From the human T2T-CHM13v2.0 reference genome, Homo sapiens, in NCBI RefSeq assembly GCF_009914755.1, contig NC_060948.1: DNA of 64,000 nucleotides. One strand, 5' to 3'. The translations under genes were made by a program, and so were the position numbers. This document shows positions 41,201-55,800 of this stretch, one piece after another; position 1 is the first letter of the stretch; every line of letters begins with the position of its first letter. The notes below the pieces were generated by a model. It did no database searches. It saw only the letters and a program-made list of their open reading frames with translations, and was not told the origin of the DNA.

Positions 41201-44200
41201 TGGAAAGGATTCGAATGGAATGCAATCGAATGGAATGCAATCGAATGGAATGGAATCGAACGGAATGGAATAAAATGGAAGAAAACTGGCAAGAAATGGA
41301 ATCGAAATGAATGGAGTGTTATGGAACGGACTCAAAAGGAATTGAATGTAATAGAATGGAGTGGAGTGGACTCGAATATAATGGACTGGAATGGAATGAA
41401 ATCACATGGAATGGGAACGAATGGAATGGAATGGAAAGGAATGGAATCGAATGGAAAGGAATCGAATGGAAGGGAATGAAATTGAATCAACAGGAATGGA
41501 AGGGAGTAGAATAGACGGTAATGGAATGGACTCGAATAGAATGGACACGAATGCTCAAATTGAATGGACTCGAATGGAATGGAAACGAAAGGAATGTCAT
41601 CGAATGGAATTGAATCGATTGGAATGAAATCACATAGAATGGAGTGGAATCAAATGGAATTGAATCGAAAGGAAAGGAAGCGAATGGACTGAAATGAAAT
41701 GGAATGGAATTGAATGGAAATTAATGCAATGGAATAGAATGGAACGAAATTTCACGGAATGGAATCAAACTGAATGGAATCAAATCAATGGAATCTAATC
41801 AAATGGAATGGAAAGGAATTGAATGGAGTAGATTGGATTGGATGGGATTGGAATGAAATGTACTGGAAAGGACTCGAATTTCATGAAACGGAATGGAATG
41901 AATTAGAACGGAATGGACTCGAATGGAATGGAATGTCATGGAATGGCATCAAATGGAATGGAATCGAATGCGATGGAATGCTATGGAATGGAATGGAATG
42001 CATTGGAATGGAATGTCCTCTAATGGAATGTATTCGAGTGGAATGGAATCGAATATAATGGAGTCTAATGAAAGGGAATTGAAAGGAATGGGACCGAATA
42101 CAACGGAATATACTGGAATGTAATGTAATGAACTCGAATGTAATTGACTGGAATGGAATGTACATGAATGGAATGTAATCGAATGGAAAGCAATCCAATG
42201 GAATAGAATCTAATGCAATAAAATCGACTCAAATAGAGTAGAATGTAATGGAATGGAGTGCAGTGCAATGGAATGGAATGGAATGGAATGCAATGGAATG
42301 GAATGGAATGGAATGGAATGGGATGGAATGGTATGGAATGGATAGTAATGGACTGGAGTGAAATGGACTGGAAAAGAATGGACTCAAATTGAAAGGTCTC
42401 GAAAGGAATGGAGTCAAATGGAATGGTCTGGAATGGAATGAACACGAATGTAATGCAATCCAATAGAATGGAATCGAATGGCATGGAATATAAAGAAATG
42501 GAATCGAAGAGAATGGAAACAAATGGAATGGAATTGAATGGAATGGAATTGAATGGAATGGGAACGAATGGAGTGAAATTGTATGCACTAGAAGAGAATA
42601 GAATGGAATGCAAGCGAAAGGAAAGGAATGGATTGGAATGGAATGGAATTCATTGGAATGGAAGGGAATGTAGTGTAATGGACAGGCCTGGAATAAAGTG
42701 GAATGCTACGGTCTCGAATGGAATAAAAATGTATGGAATGGAATGCAATGAAACGGAATCGAATGTCATAGAATGTAATGGAATGCAAAAAAATGGACTC
42801 CAAAATCATTGACTGGAAAGGCTGGGTGTCGAAAGGAATTGACTCCAATGGAATGGAATCGAATGGAATGGAAGTGAATAGAATGGAACTAAATCGAATG
42901 GAATGGAATTGATAGGAACGGAATGGAAAGGAATGCAATGATTTGGCATGGAATGGAATCGAATGGCATCGAATGGAATGGAATGGAATGCAATGGAATG
43001 GAATGTATTAGAATGTAATGAACTTTAATGGAATATACTCGAATGGATTCGACTGGAATGGAATGTTCTTGAAGTGAATGGACTCCAATTGAATGGATTC
43101 GAAAGGAATGGAATCTAATGGAATGGAATTAAATGGAAATGAATCAAATTGAATAGAACGGAATTGAATTGAATGGAATCGAATGCAATGGAATCTAATG
43201 AAACGGAAAGGAAAGGAATGGAATGGATTGGAATGGAATGGGCTGGAATGGAATGGAATCGAAACGAATGGAATGGAATCGAACTGAAGAGACTGGAATG
43301 GAATGCACTGGAATGGAAGGGAATGTAATGGAAGGTTCTCGAAAAAAATGGAATCGAAAGGAATGGAATTGAATGGAACGGAATAGAGTCGAATGGAATT
43401 CAATGGAATGGAATGGACTAGAGTGAAATGGAATCGAACCACAAGGAATGGACAGGAATAGAATGGTCTCGAACTGAATGGAATCGTATGGAATGGCATC
43501 AAACGGAATGGAATGGACAGCAACGGAATGGAATGCACTCGAATGCAATGGAGTCGACACTAATGGACTGGAATAGAATGGACTCGACTGGTACGGACTC
43601 CAATGGAATGGAATCGAATGGAAGGGAATCGAACGGAATGGACTCGAAGGGAAAAGACTGCAATGGAAAGGTCTCGAATGGAATGGAAATTAATGGAATG
43701 GAATGGAATCGAATGAAATGGAGTCAAAAGGAATGGAATCGAATGGCAAGAAATCGAATGTAATGGAATCGCAAGGAATTGATGTGAACGGAACGGAATG
43801 GAATGGAATCGAAAGGGATGGAATGGAATCGAATGGAAAGGACTCGAATGGAAATCACTCGAATAGAATGCAATTTAATACAATAGGATCAAATGTAATG
43901 GAATGGAATGGAAAGGAATCGAAACGAAAGGAATGGAGACAGATGGAATGGAATGGAACAGAGAGCAATGGTATAGAATGGAATGGAATCATCTGGAATG
44001 GAATTGAATGGAATGGAATAAGATGAAATGGAATGGAATGGAATGGAATGCCCTTGAATTAAATGGACTGGAATGGAATGGACTCGAACAGAGTGGAATG
44101 GAAAGTGTTGAAATAGAATGGAATGGACTCGTTTGGAATGGTCTAGTATGCAATGCAATCGACTGGCAGGGAATCAAGAGGAATGTAATCGAATGGATTG

Positions 44201-44600
44201 GACTGGAATGCAATGGACTCGAATAGATTGGAAACGGAATTCAAAGGAATGGAATGGAATAGTATGGAATGGAATGGAAAGGAATGGAGTGGAATAGACT
44301 AGAGTGGAATGGAATGGACTCGAAAGCAATGGACTGGAATGGAACTTTCTTGAATGGACTGGAATCAAACGGAATGGAATGCAATGCAATCAAATGGCAT
44401 GGAATAAAATAGAATGAAAGAGAATCAAATGGAATTGAATCGAATGGAATCGAATGGATTGGAAAGGAATAGAATGGAATGGAATGGAATTGACTCAAAT
44501 GGAATGGACTAGAATGGAATGGATTCGAATGGAAGGCAAAGGAATGGAATCTATTGGAATGGACTGTAATGGAATGGAATGGAAGGGATTGGAATGGACT
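32200..44600 (+). repeat. Multi-unit segmental duplicate, copy 1 (~3.5 units, B to A)
   Basis: Matches 49900-62300 at a constant offset of 17,718 bp (35607/53325, 39131/56849, 42685/60403), with many shared private variants. Confidence 0.88.
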
Positions 44601-44900
44601 CGAATGGAATGGACTGCAATAGAAAAGATTCGAATGGAATGAAAAAGAATTGAATGGAATAGAACAGAATGGAATCAAATCGAATGAAATGGAATGGAAG
44701 AGAAAGGAATGGAATGAAATGGAATGGAAAGGATTCGAATGGAATGCAATCGAATGGAATGCAATCGAATGGAATGGAATCGAACGGAATGGAATAAAAT
44801 GGAAGAAAACTGGCAAGAAATGGAATCGAAATGAATGGAGTGTTATGGAACGGACTCAAAAGGAATTGAATGTAATAGAATGGAGTGGAGTGGACTCGAA
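38200..44900 (+). repeat. Subfamily A domain 2
   Basis: A-type states return from ~38240 (AATATAATC, AATTAGAAC, TGCGATGG, GGGACCGA), with the double CAGCCAC/CACCCAC motif at ~39958-39997. Confidence 0.75.
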
Positions 44901-47900
44901 TATAATGGACTGGAATGGAATGAAATCACATGGAATGGGAACGAATGGAATGGAATGGAAAGGAATGGAATGGAAAGGAATGGAATCGAATGGAAAGGAA
45001 TCGAATGGAAGGGAATGAAATTGAATCAACAGGAATGGAAGGAAGTAGAATAGACGGTAATGGAATGGACTCGAATAGAATGGACACGAATGCTCATATT
45101 GAATGGACTCGAATGGAATGGAAACGAAAGGAATGTCGTCGAATGGAATTGAATCGATTGGAATGAAATCGCATAGAATGGAGTGGAATCAAATGGAATT
45201 GAATCGAAAGGAAAGGAAGCGAATGGTCTGAAATGAAATGGAATGGAATTGAATGGAAAGTAATGCAAGGGAATAGAATGGAACGAAATTTCACGGAATG
45301 GAATCAAACTGAATGGAATCAAATCAATGGAATATAATCAAATGGCATGGAAAGGAATTGAATGGAGTAGATTGGATTGGATGGGATTGGAATGAAATGT
45401 ACTGGAAAGGACTCGAATTTCATGAAATGGAATGGAATGAACTGGAACGGAATGGACTCGAATGGAATGGAATGTCATGGAATGGCATCAAATGGAATGG
45501 CATCAAATGGAATGGAATCGAATGCAATGGAATGCTATGGAATGGAATGGAATGCATTGGAATGGAATGTCCCCTAATGGAATGGATTCGAGTGGAATGG
45601 AATCGAATATAATGGAGTCGAATGAAATGGAATTGAAAGGAAAGGGATCGAATACAATGGAATATACTGGAATGTAATGTAATGAACTCGAATGTAATTG
45701 ACTAGAATGGAATGTACATGAATGGAATGTAATCGAATGGAAAATAATCTCATGGAATAGAATCTAATGCAATAAAATCGACTCAAATAGAATAGAATGG
45801 AATGGAATGGAGTGCAGTGCAATGGAATGGAATGGAATGGAATGCAATGGAATGGAATGGAATGGAATGGAATGGAATGGAATGGGATGGAATGGTATGG
45901 AATGGATAGTAATGGACTGGAGTGAAATGGACTGGAAAAGAATGGACTCAAATTGAAAGGGCTCGAAAGGAATGGAGTCAAATGGAATGGTCTGGAATGG
46001 AATGAATACGAATGTAATGCAATCCAATAGAATGGAATCGAATGGTATGGAATATAAAGAATTGGAATCGAAGAGAATGGAAACAAATGGAATGGAATTG
46101 AATGGAATGGAATTGAATGGAATGGGAACGAATGGAGTGAAATTGTATGCAGTAGAAGAGAATAGAATGGAATGCAAGCGAAAGGAAAGGAATGGATTGG
46201 AATGGAATGGAATTCATTGGAATGGAAGGGAATGTAGTGTAATGGACAGGCCTGGAATAAAGTGGAATGCTACGGTCTCGAATGGAATAAAAATGTATGG
46301 AATAGAATGCAATGAAACGGAATCGAATGTCATAGAATGTAATGGAATGCAAAAAAATGGAATCCAAAATCATTGACTGGAAAGGCTGGGTGTCGAAAGG
46401 AATTGCCTCCAATGGAATGGAATCGAATGGAATGGAAGTGAATAGAATGGAACTAAATCGAATGGAATGGAATTGATAGGAACGGAATGGAAAGGAATGC
46501 AATGATTTGGCATGGAATGGAATCGAATGGCATCGAATGGAATGGAATGGAATGCAATTGAATGGAATGTATTAGAATGTAATGAACTTTAATGTAATGT
46601 ACTCGAATGGATTCGACTGGAATGGAATGTTCTCGAAGTGAATGGACTCCAATGGAATGGATTCGAAAGGAATGGAATCTAATGGAATGGAATTAAATGG
46701 AAATGAATCAAATTGAATAGAACGGAATTGAATGGAATGGAATCGAATGCAATGGTATCTAATGAAACGGAAAGGAAAGGAATGGAATGGATTGGAATGG
46801 AATGTGCTGGAATTGAATGGAATCGAAACGAATGGAATGGAGTCGAACTGAAGAGACTGAAATGGAATGCACTGGAATGGAAGGGAGTGTAATGGAAGGT
46901 TCTCGAAAAAAATGGAATCGAAAGGAATGGAATTGAATGGAACGGAATAGAGTCGAATGGAATTCAATGGAATGGAATGGACTAGAGTGAAATGGAATCG
47001 AACCACAAGGAATGGACAGGAACAGAATGGTCTCGAATTGAATGGAATCGTATGGAATGGCATCAAACGGAATGGAATGGACAGCAACGGAATGGAATGC
47101 ACTCGAATGCAATGGAGTCGACAATAATGGACTGGAATAGAAAGGACTCGACTGGTACGGACTCCATTGAAATGGAATTGAATGGAAGGGAATGGATCGG
47201 AATGGACTCGAAGGGAAAAGAATGCAATGGAAAGGTCTCGAATGGAATGGAAATTAATGGAATGGAATGGAATCGAATGAAATGGAGTCAAAAGGAATGG
47301 AATCGAATGGCAAGAAATCGAATGTAATGGAATCGCAAGGAATTGATGTGAACGGAACGGAATCGAATGGAATCCAAAGGAATGGAATAGAATGGAATGG
47401 AATCGAATGGAAAGGACTCGAATGGAAATCACTCGAATAGAATGCAATTTAATAAAATAGGATCAAATGTAATGGAATGGAATGGAAAGGAATCGAAACG
47501 AAAGGAATGGAGACAGATGGAATGGAATGGAACAGAGAGCAATGGTATAGAATGGAATGGAATCATCTGGAATGGAATTGAATGGAATGGAATAATATGA
47601 AATGGAATGGAATGGAATGGAATGCCCTTGAATTAAATGGACTGGAATGGAATGGACTCAAACAGAGTGGAATGGAAAGTGTTGAAATAGAATGGAATGG
47701 ACTCGTTTGGAATGGTCTAGTATGCAATGCAATCGACTGGCAGGGAATCAAGAGGAATGTAATCGAATGGATTGGACTGGAATGCAATGGACTCGAATAG
47801 ATTGGAAACGGAATTCAAAGGAATGGAATGGAATAGTATGGAATGGAATGGAAAGGAATGGAGTGGAATAGACTAGAGTGGAATGGAATGGACTCGAAAG

Positions 47901-49410
47901 CAATGGACTGGAATGGAACTTTCTTGAATGGACTGGAATCAAACGGAATGGAATGCAATGCAATCAAATGGCATGGAATAAAATAGAATGAAAGAGAATC
48001 AAATGGAATTGAATCGAATGGAATCGAATGGATTGGAAAGGAATAGAATGGAATGGAATGGAATTGACTCAAATGGAATGGACTAGAATGGAATGGATTC
48101 GAATGGAAGGCAAAGGAATGGAATCTATTGGAATGGACTGTAATGGAATGGAATGGAAGGGATTGGAATGGACTCGAATGGAATGGACTGCAATAGAAAA
48201 GATTCGAATGGAATGAAAAAGAATTGAATGGAATAGAACAGAATGGAATCAAATCGAATGAAATGGAATGGAAGAGAAAGGAATGGAATGAAATGGAATG
48301 GAAAGGATTCGAATGGAATGCAATCGAATGGAATGCAATCGAATGGAATGGAATCGAACGGAATGGAATAAAATGGAAGAAAACTGGCAAGAAATGGAAT
48401 CGAAATGAATGGAGTGTTATGGAACGGACTCAAAAGGAATTGAATGTAATAGAATGGAGTGGAGTGGACTCGAATATAATGGACTGGAATGGAATGAAAT
48501 CACATGGAATGGGAACGAATGGAATGGAATGGAAAGGAATGGAATGGAAAGGAATGGAATCGAATGGAAAGGAATCGAATGGAAGGGAATGAAATTGAAT
48601 CAACAGGAATGGAAGGAAGTAGAATAGACGGTAATGGAATGGACTCGAATAGAATGGACACGAATGCTCATATTGAATGGACTCGAATGGAATGGAAACG
48701 AAAGGAATGTCGTCGAATGGAATTGAATCGATTGGAATGAAATCGCATAGAATGGAGTGGAATCAAATGGAATTGAATCGAAAGGAAAGGAAGCGAATGG
48801 TCTGAAATGAAATGGAATGGAATTGAATGGAAAGTAATGCAAGGGAATAGAATGGAACGAAATTTCACGGAATGGAATCAAACTGAATGGAATCAAATCA
48901 ATGGAATATAATCAAATGGCATGGAAAGGAATTGAATGGAGTAGATTGGATTGGATGGGATTGGAATGAAATGTACTGGAAAGGACTCGAATTTCATGAA
49001 ATGGAATGGAATGAACTGGAACGGAATGGACTCGAATGGAATGGAATGTCATGGAATGGCATCAAATGGAATGGCATCAAATGGAATGGAATCGAATGCA
49101 ATGGAATGCTATGGAATGGAATGGAATGCATTGGAATGGAATGTCCCCTAATGGAATGGATTCGAGTGGAATGGAATCGAATATAATGGAGTCGAATGAA
49201 ATGGAATTGAAAGGAAAGGGATCGAATACAATGGAATATACTGGAATGTAATGTAATGAACTCGAATGTAATTGACTAGAATGGAATGTACATGAATGGA
49301 ATGTAATCGAATGGAAAATAATCTCATGGAATAGAATCTAATGCAATAAAATCGACTCAAATAGAATAGAATGGAATGGAATGGAGTGCAGTGCAATGGA
49401 ATGGAATGGA
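44030..49410 (+). repeat. ~1.8 kb half-unit repeated at 3574 bp offset (44030-45840 and 47600-49410)
   Basis: ORF offsets 44241/47815, 44650/48224 and 45313/48887 are all 3574. Shared private variants: GAAAAGATTCG, GGAAGAGAAAGG, an extra TGGAAAGGAATGGAA 15-mer, GGAAGGAAGTAG, GCTCATATTG. Confidence 0.85.
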
Positions 49411-49899
49411 ATGGAATGCAATGGAATGGAATGGAATGGGATGGAATGGTATGGGATGGATAGAAATGGACTGGAGTGAAATGGACTGGAAAGTAATGCA
49501 CTCAAATTGAGAGAGCTCGAAAGAATGGAGTCAAATGGAATGTTCTGGAATGGAATGAACACGAATGTAATGCAATCCAATAGAATGGAATCGAATGGCA
49601 TGGAATATAAAGAAATGGAATCGAAGAGAATGGAAACGAATGGAATGGAATTGAATGGAATGGGAACGAATGGAGTGAAATTGTATGCAGTAGAAGAGAA
49701 TAGAATGGAATGCAAGCGAAAGGAAAGGAATGGATTGGAATGGAATGGAATTCATTGGAATGGAAGGGAATGTAGTGTAATGGACAGGCCTGGAATAAAG
49801 TGGAATGCTACGGTCTCGAATGGAATAAAAATGTATGGAATGGAATGCAATGAAACGGAATCGAATGTCATAGAATGTAATGGAATGCAAAAAAATGGA

Positions 49900-52800
49900 A
49901 TCCAAAATCATTGACTGGAAAGGCTGGATGTCGAAAGGAATTGACTCCAATGGAATGGAATCGAATGGAATGGAAGTGAATAGAATGGAACTAAATCGAA
50001 TGGAATGGAATTGATAGGAACGGAATGGAAAGGAATGCAATGATTTGGCATGGAATGGAAACGAATGGTATCTAATGGAATGGAATGGAATGTAATGGAA
50101 TGGAATGTATTAGAATGTAATGAACTTTAATGGAATGTACTCGAATGGATTCGACTGGAATGGAATGTTCTGGAAGTGAATGGACTCCAATGGAATGGAT
50201 TGAAACGGAATGGAATCGTACGGAATGGAATCTAATGGAATGGAATTAAATGGAAATGAATCAAATTGAATAGAACGGAATTGAATTGAATGGAATGGAA
50301 TGCAATGGAATCTAATGAAACGGAAAGGAAAGGAATGGAATGGAATGGAATGGGCTGGAATGGAAAGGAATCGAAACGAATGGAATGGAATCGAACTGAA
50401 GAGACTGGAATGGAATGCACTGGAATGGAAGGGAGTGTAATGGAAGGTTCTCGAAAAAAATGGAATCGAATGGAATGGAATTGAATGGAACGGAATAGAG
50501 TCGAATGGAATTGAATGGAATGGAATGGACTAGAGTGAAATGGAATCGAACCACAAGGAATGGACAGGAATAGAATGGTATCGAATTGAATGGAATCGTA
50601 TGGAATGGCATCAAACGGAATGGAATGGACAGCCACGGAATGGAATGCACTCGAATGCAATGGAGTCGAAACTAATGGATGGAATAGAATGGACTTGACT
50701 GGTACGGACTCCAATGGAATGGAATCGAATGGAAGGGAATCGAACGGAATGGACTCGAAGGGAAAAGACTGCAATGGAAAGGTCTCCAATGGAATGGAAA
50801 TTAATGGAATGGAATGGAATCGAATGAAATGGAGTCAAAAGGAATGGAATCGAATGGCAAGAAATCGAATGTAATGGAATCGCAAGGAATTGATGTGAAC
50901 GGAACGGAATGGAATGGAATCCAAAGGAATGGAATAGAATGGAATGGAATCGAATGGAAAGGACACGAATGGAAATCACTCGAATAGAATGCAATTTAAT
51001 AAAATAGGATCAAATGTAATGGAATGCAATGGAAAGGAATCGAAACGAAAGGAATGGAGACAGATGGAATGGAATGGAACAGAGAGCAATGGTATAGAAT
51101 GGAATGGAATCATCTGGAATGGAATTGAATGGAATGGAATAATATGAAATGGAATGGAATGGAATGGAATGGAATGCCCTTGAATTAAATGGACTGGAAT
51201 GGAATGGACTCGAACAGAGTGGAATGGAAAGTGTTGAGATAGAATGGAATGGACTCCTTTGGAATGGTCTAGTATGCAATGCAATCGACTGGCAGGGAAT
51301 CAAAAGGAATGTAATGGAATGGATTGGACTGGAATGCAATGGACTCGAATAGATTGGAAACGGAATGCAAAGGAATGGAATGGAATAGTATGGAATGGAA
51401 TGGAAAGGAATGGAGTGGAATAGACTAGAGTGGAATGGAATGGACTGGAAAGCAATGGACTGGAATGGAACTTTCTTGAATGGACTGGAATCAAACGGAA
51501 TGGAATGCAATGCAATCAAATGGCATAGAATAAGATAGAATGAAAGAGAATCAAATGGAATTGAATGGAATGGAATCGAATGGATTGGAAAGGAATAGAA
51601 TGGAATGGAATGGAATTGACTCAAATGGAATGGACTAGAATGGAATGGATTCGAATGGAAGGCAAAGGAATGGAATCTATTGGAATGGACTGTAATGGAA
51701 TGCAATGGAAGGGATTGGAATGGACTCGAATGGAATGGACTGCAATAGAAAGGATACGAATGGAATGAAAAAGAATTGAATGGAATAGAACAGAATGGAA
51801 ACAAATCGAATGAAATGGAATGGAATAGAAAGGAATGGAATGAAATGGAATGGAAAGGATTCGAATGGAATGCAAACGAATGGAATGGAATCGAACGGAA
51901 TGGAATAAAATGGAAGAAAACTGGCAAGAAATGGAATCGAAATGAATGGAGTGTTATGGAAGGGACTCAAAAGGAATTGAATGTAATAGAATGGAGTGGA
52001 GTGGACTCGAATATAATGGACTTGAATGGAATGAAATCACATGGAATGGGAACGAATGGAATGGAATGGAAAGGAATGGAATCGAATGGAAAGGAATCGA
52101 ATGGAAGGGAATGAAATTGAACCAACAGGAATGGAAGGGAATAGAATAGACGGTAGTGGAATGGACTCGAATAGAATGGACACGAATGCTCAAATTGAAT
52201 GGACTCGAATGGAATGGAAACGAAAGGAATGTCATCGAATGGAATTGAATCGATTGGAATGAAATCGCATAGAATGGAGTGGAATCAAATGGAATTGAAT
52301 CGAAAGGAAAGGAAGCGAATGGACTGAAATGAAATGGAATGGAATTGAATGGAAAGTAATGCAATGGAATAGAATGGAACGAAATTTCACGGAATGGAAT
52401 CAAACTGAATGGAATCAAATCAATGGAATCTAATCAAATGGAATGGAAAGGAATTGAATGGAGTAGATTGGATTGGATGGGATTGGAATGAAATGTACTG
52501 GAAAGGACTGGAATTTCATGAAACGGAATGGAATGAATTGGAACGGAATGGACTCGAATGGAATGGAATGTCATGGAATGGCATCAAATGGAATGGCATC
52601 AAATGGAATGGAATCGAATGCAATGGAATGCTATGGAATGGAATGGAATGCATTGGAATGGAATGTCCTCTAATGGAATGGATTCGAGTGGAATGGAATC
52701 GAATATAATGGAGTCGAATGAAATGGAATTGAAAGGAATGGGATCGAATACAATGGAATATACTGGAATGTAATGTAATGAACTCGAATGTAATTGACTG

Positions 52801-55800
52801 GAATGGAATGTATATGAATGGAATGTAATCGAATGGAAAGTAATCCAATGGAATAGAATCTAATGCAATAAAATCGACTCAGATAGAGTAGAATGTAATG
52901 GAATGGAGTGCAGTGCAATGGAATGGAATGGAATGGAATGCAATGGAATGGAATGGAATGGGATGGAATGGTATGGAATGGATAGTAATGGACTGGAGTG
53001 AAATGGACTGGAAAGGAATGGACTCAAATTGAAAGGGCTCGAAAGGAATGGAGACAAATGGAATGGTCTGGAATGGAATGAACACGAATGTAATGCAATC
53101 CAATAGAATAGAGTCGAATGGCATGGAATATAAAGAAATGGAATCGAAGAGAATAGAAACAAATGGAATGGAATTGAATGGAATGGAATTGAGTGGAATG
53201 GGAACGAATGGAGTGAAATTGTATGCAGTAGAAGAGAATAGAATGGAATGCAAGCGAAAGGAAAGGAATGGATTGGAATGGAATGGAATTCATTGGAATG
53301 GAAGGGAATGTAGTGTAATGGACAGGCCTGGAATAAAGTGGAATGCTACGGTCTCGAGTGGAATAAAAATGTATGGATTGGAATGCAATGAAACGGAATC
53401 GAATGTCATAGAATGTAATGGAATGCAAAAAAATGGAATCCGAAATCATTGACTGGAAAGGCTGGGTGTCGAAAGGAATTGACTCCAATGGAATGGAATC
53501 GAATGGAATGGAAGTGAATAGAATCGAACTAAATCGAATGGAATGGAATTGATAGGAACGGAATGGAAAGGAATGCAATGATTTGGCATGGAATGGAATC
53601 GAATGGCATCGAATGGAATGGAATGGAATGCAATGGAATGGAATGTATTAGAATGTAATGAACTTTAATGGAATGTACTCGAAAGGATTTGACTGGAATG
53701 GAATGTTCTGGAAGTGAATGGACTCCAATGGAATGGATTCGAAAGGAATGGAATCGTACGGAATGGAATCTAATGGAATGGAATTAAATGGAAATGAATC
53801 AAATTGAATAGCACGGAATTGAATTGAATGGAATGGAATGCAATGGAATCTAATGAAACGGAAAGGAAAGGAATGCAATGGAATGGAATGGGCTGGAATG
53901 GAAAGGAATCGAAACGAATGGAATGGAATCGAACTGAAGAGACTGGAATGGAATGCACTGGAATGGAAGGGAGTGTAATGGAAGGTTCTCGAAAAAAATG
54001 GAATCGAATGGAATGGAATTGAGTGGAACGGAATAGAGTCGAATGGAATTGAATGGAATGGAATGGACTAGAGTGAAATGGAATCGAACCACAAGGAATG
54101 GACAGGAATAGAATGGTCTCGAACTGAATGGAATCGTATGGAATGGCATCAAACGGAATGGAATGGACAGCCACGGAATGGAATGCACTCGAATGCAATG
54201 GAGTCGAAACTAATGGACTGGAATAGAATGGACTCGACTGGTACGGACTCCAATGGAATGGAATCGAATGGAAGGGAATCGAACGGAATGGACTCAAAGG
54301 GAAAAGACTGCAATGGAACGGTCTCGAATGGAATGGAAATTAATGGAATGGAATGGAATCGAATGAAATGGAGTCAAAAGGAATGGAATCGAATGGCAAG
54401 AAATCGAATGTAATGGAATCGCAAGGAATTGATATGAACGGAACGGAATGGAATGGAATCCAAAGGAATGGAATAGAATGGAATGGAATCGAATGGAAAG
54501 GACTCGAATGGAAATCACTCGAATAGAATGCAATTTAATAAAATAGGATCAAATGTAATGGAATGGAATGGAAAGGAATCGAAACGAAAGGAATGGAGAC
54601 AGATGGAATGGAATGGAACAGATAGCAATGGTATACAATGGAATGGAATCATCTGGAATGGAATTGAATGGAATGCAATAATATGAAATGGAATGGAATG
54701 GAATGGAATGGAATGCCCTTGAATTAAATGGACTGGACTCGAACAGAGTGGAATGGAAAGTGTTGAGATAGAATGGAATGGACTCCTTTGGAATGGTCTA
54801 GTATGCAATGCAATCGACTGGCAGGGAATCAAAAGGAATGTAATGGAATGGATTGGACTGGAATGCAATGGACTCGAATAGATTGGAAACGGAATGCAAA
54901 GGAATGGAATGGAATAGTATGGAATGGAATGGAAAGGAATGGAGTGGAATAGACTAGAGTGGAATGGAATGGACTGGAAAGCAATGGACTGGAATGAAAC
55001 TTTCTTGAATGGACTGGAATCAAACGGAATGGAATGCAATGCAATCAAATGGCATGGAATAAGATAGAATGAAAGAGAATCAAATGGAATTGAATCGAAT
55101 GGAATCGAATGGATTGGAAAGGAAGAGAATGGAATGGAATGGAATTGACTCAAATGGAATGGACTAGAATGGAATGGATTCCAATGGAAGGCAAAGGAAT
55201 GGAATCTATTGGAATGGACTGTAATGGAATGGAATGGAAGGGATTGGAATGGACTCGAATGGAATGGACTGCAATAGAAAGGATTCGAATGGAATGAAAA
55301 AGAATTGAATGGAATAGAACAGAATGGAATCAAATCGAATGAAATGGAATGGAATAGAAAGGAATGGAATGAAATGGAATGGAAAGGATTCGAATGGAAT
55401 GGAATCGAATGGAATGGAATCGAACGGAATGGAATAAAATGGAAGAAAACTGGCAAGAAATGGAATCGAAATGAATGGAGTGTTATGGAACGGACTCAAA
55501 AGGAATTGAATGTAATAGAATGGAGTGGAGTGGACTCGAATATAATGGACTGGAATGGAATGAAATCACATGGAATGGGAACGAATGGAATGGAATGGAA
55601 AGGAATGGAATCGAATGGAAAGGAATCGAACGGAAGGGAATGAAATTGAATCAACAGGAATGGAAGGGAATAGAATAGACTGTAATGGAATGGACACGAA
55701 TAGAATGGACACGAATGCTCAAATTGAATGGACTCGAATGGAATGGAAAGGAAAAGAAAGTCATCGAATGGAATTGAATCGATTGGAATGAAATCGCATA

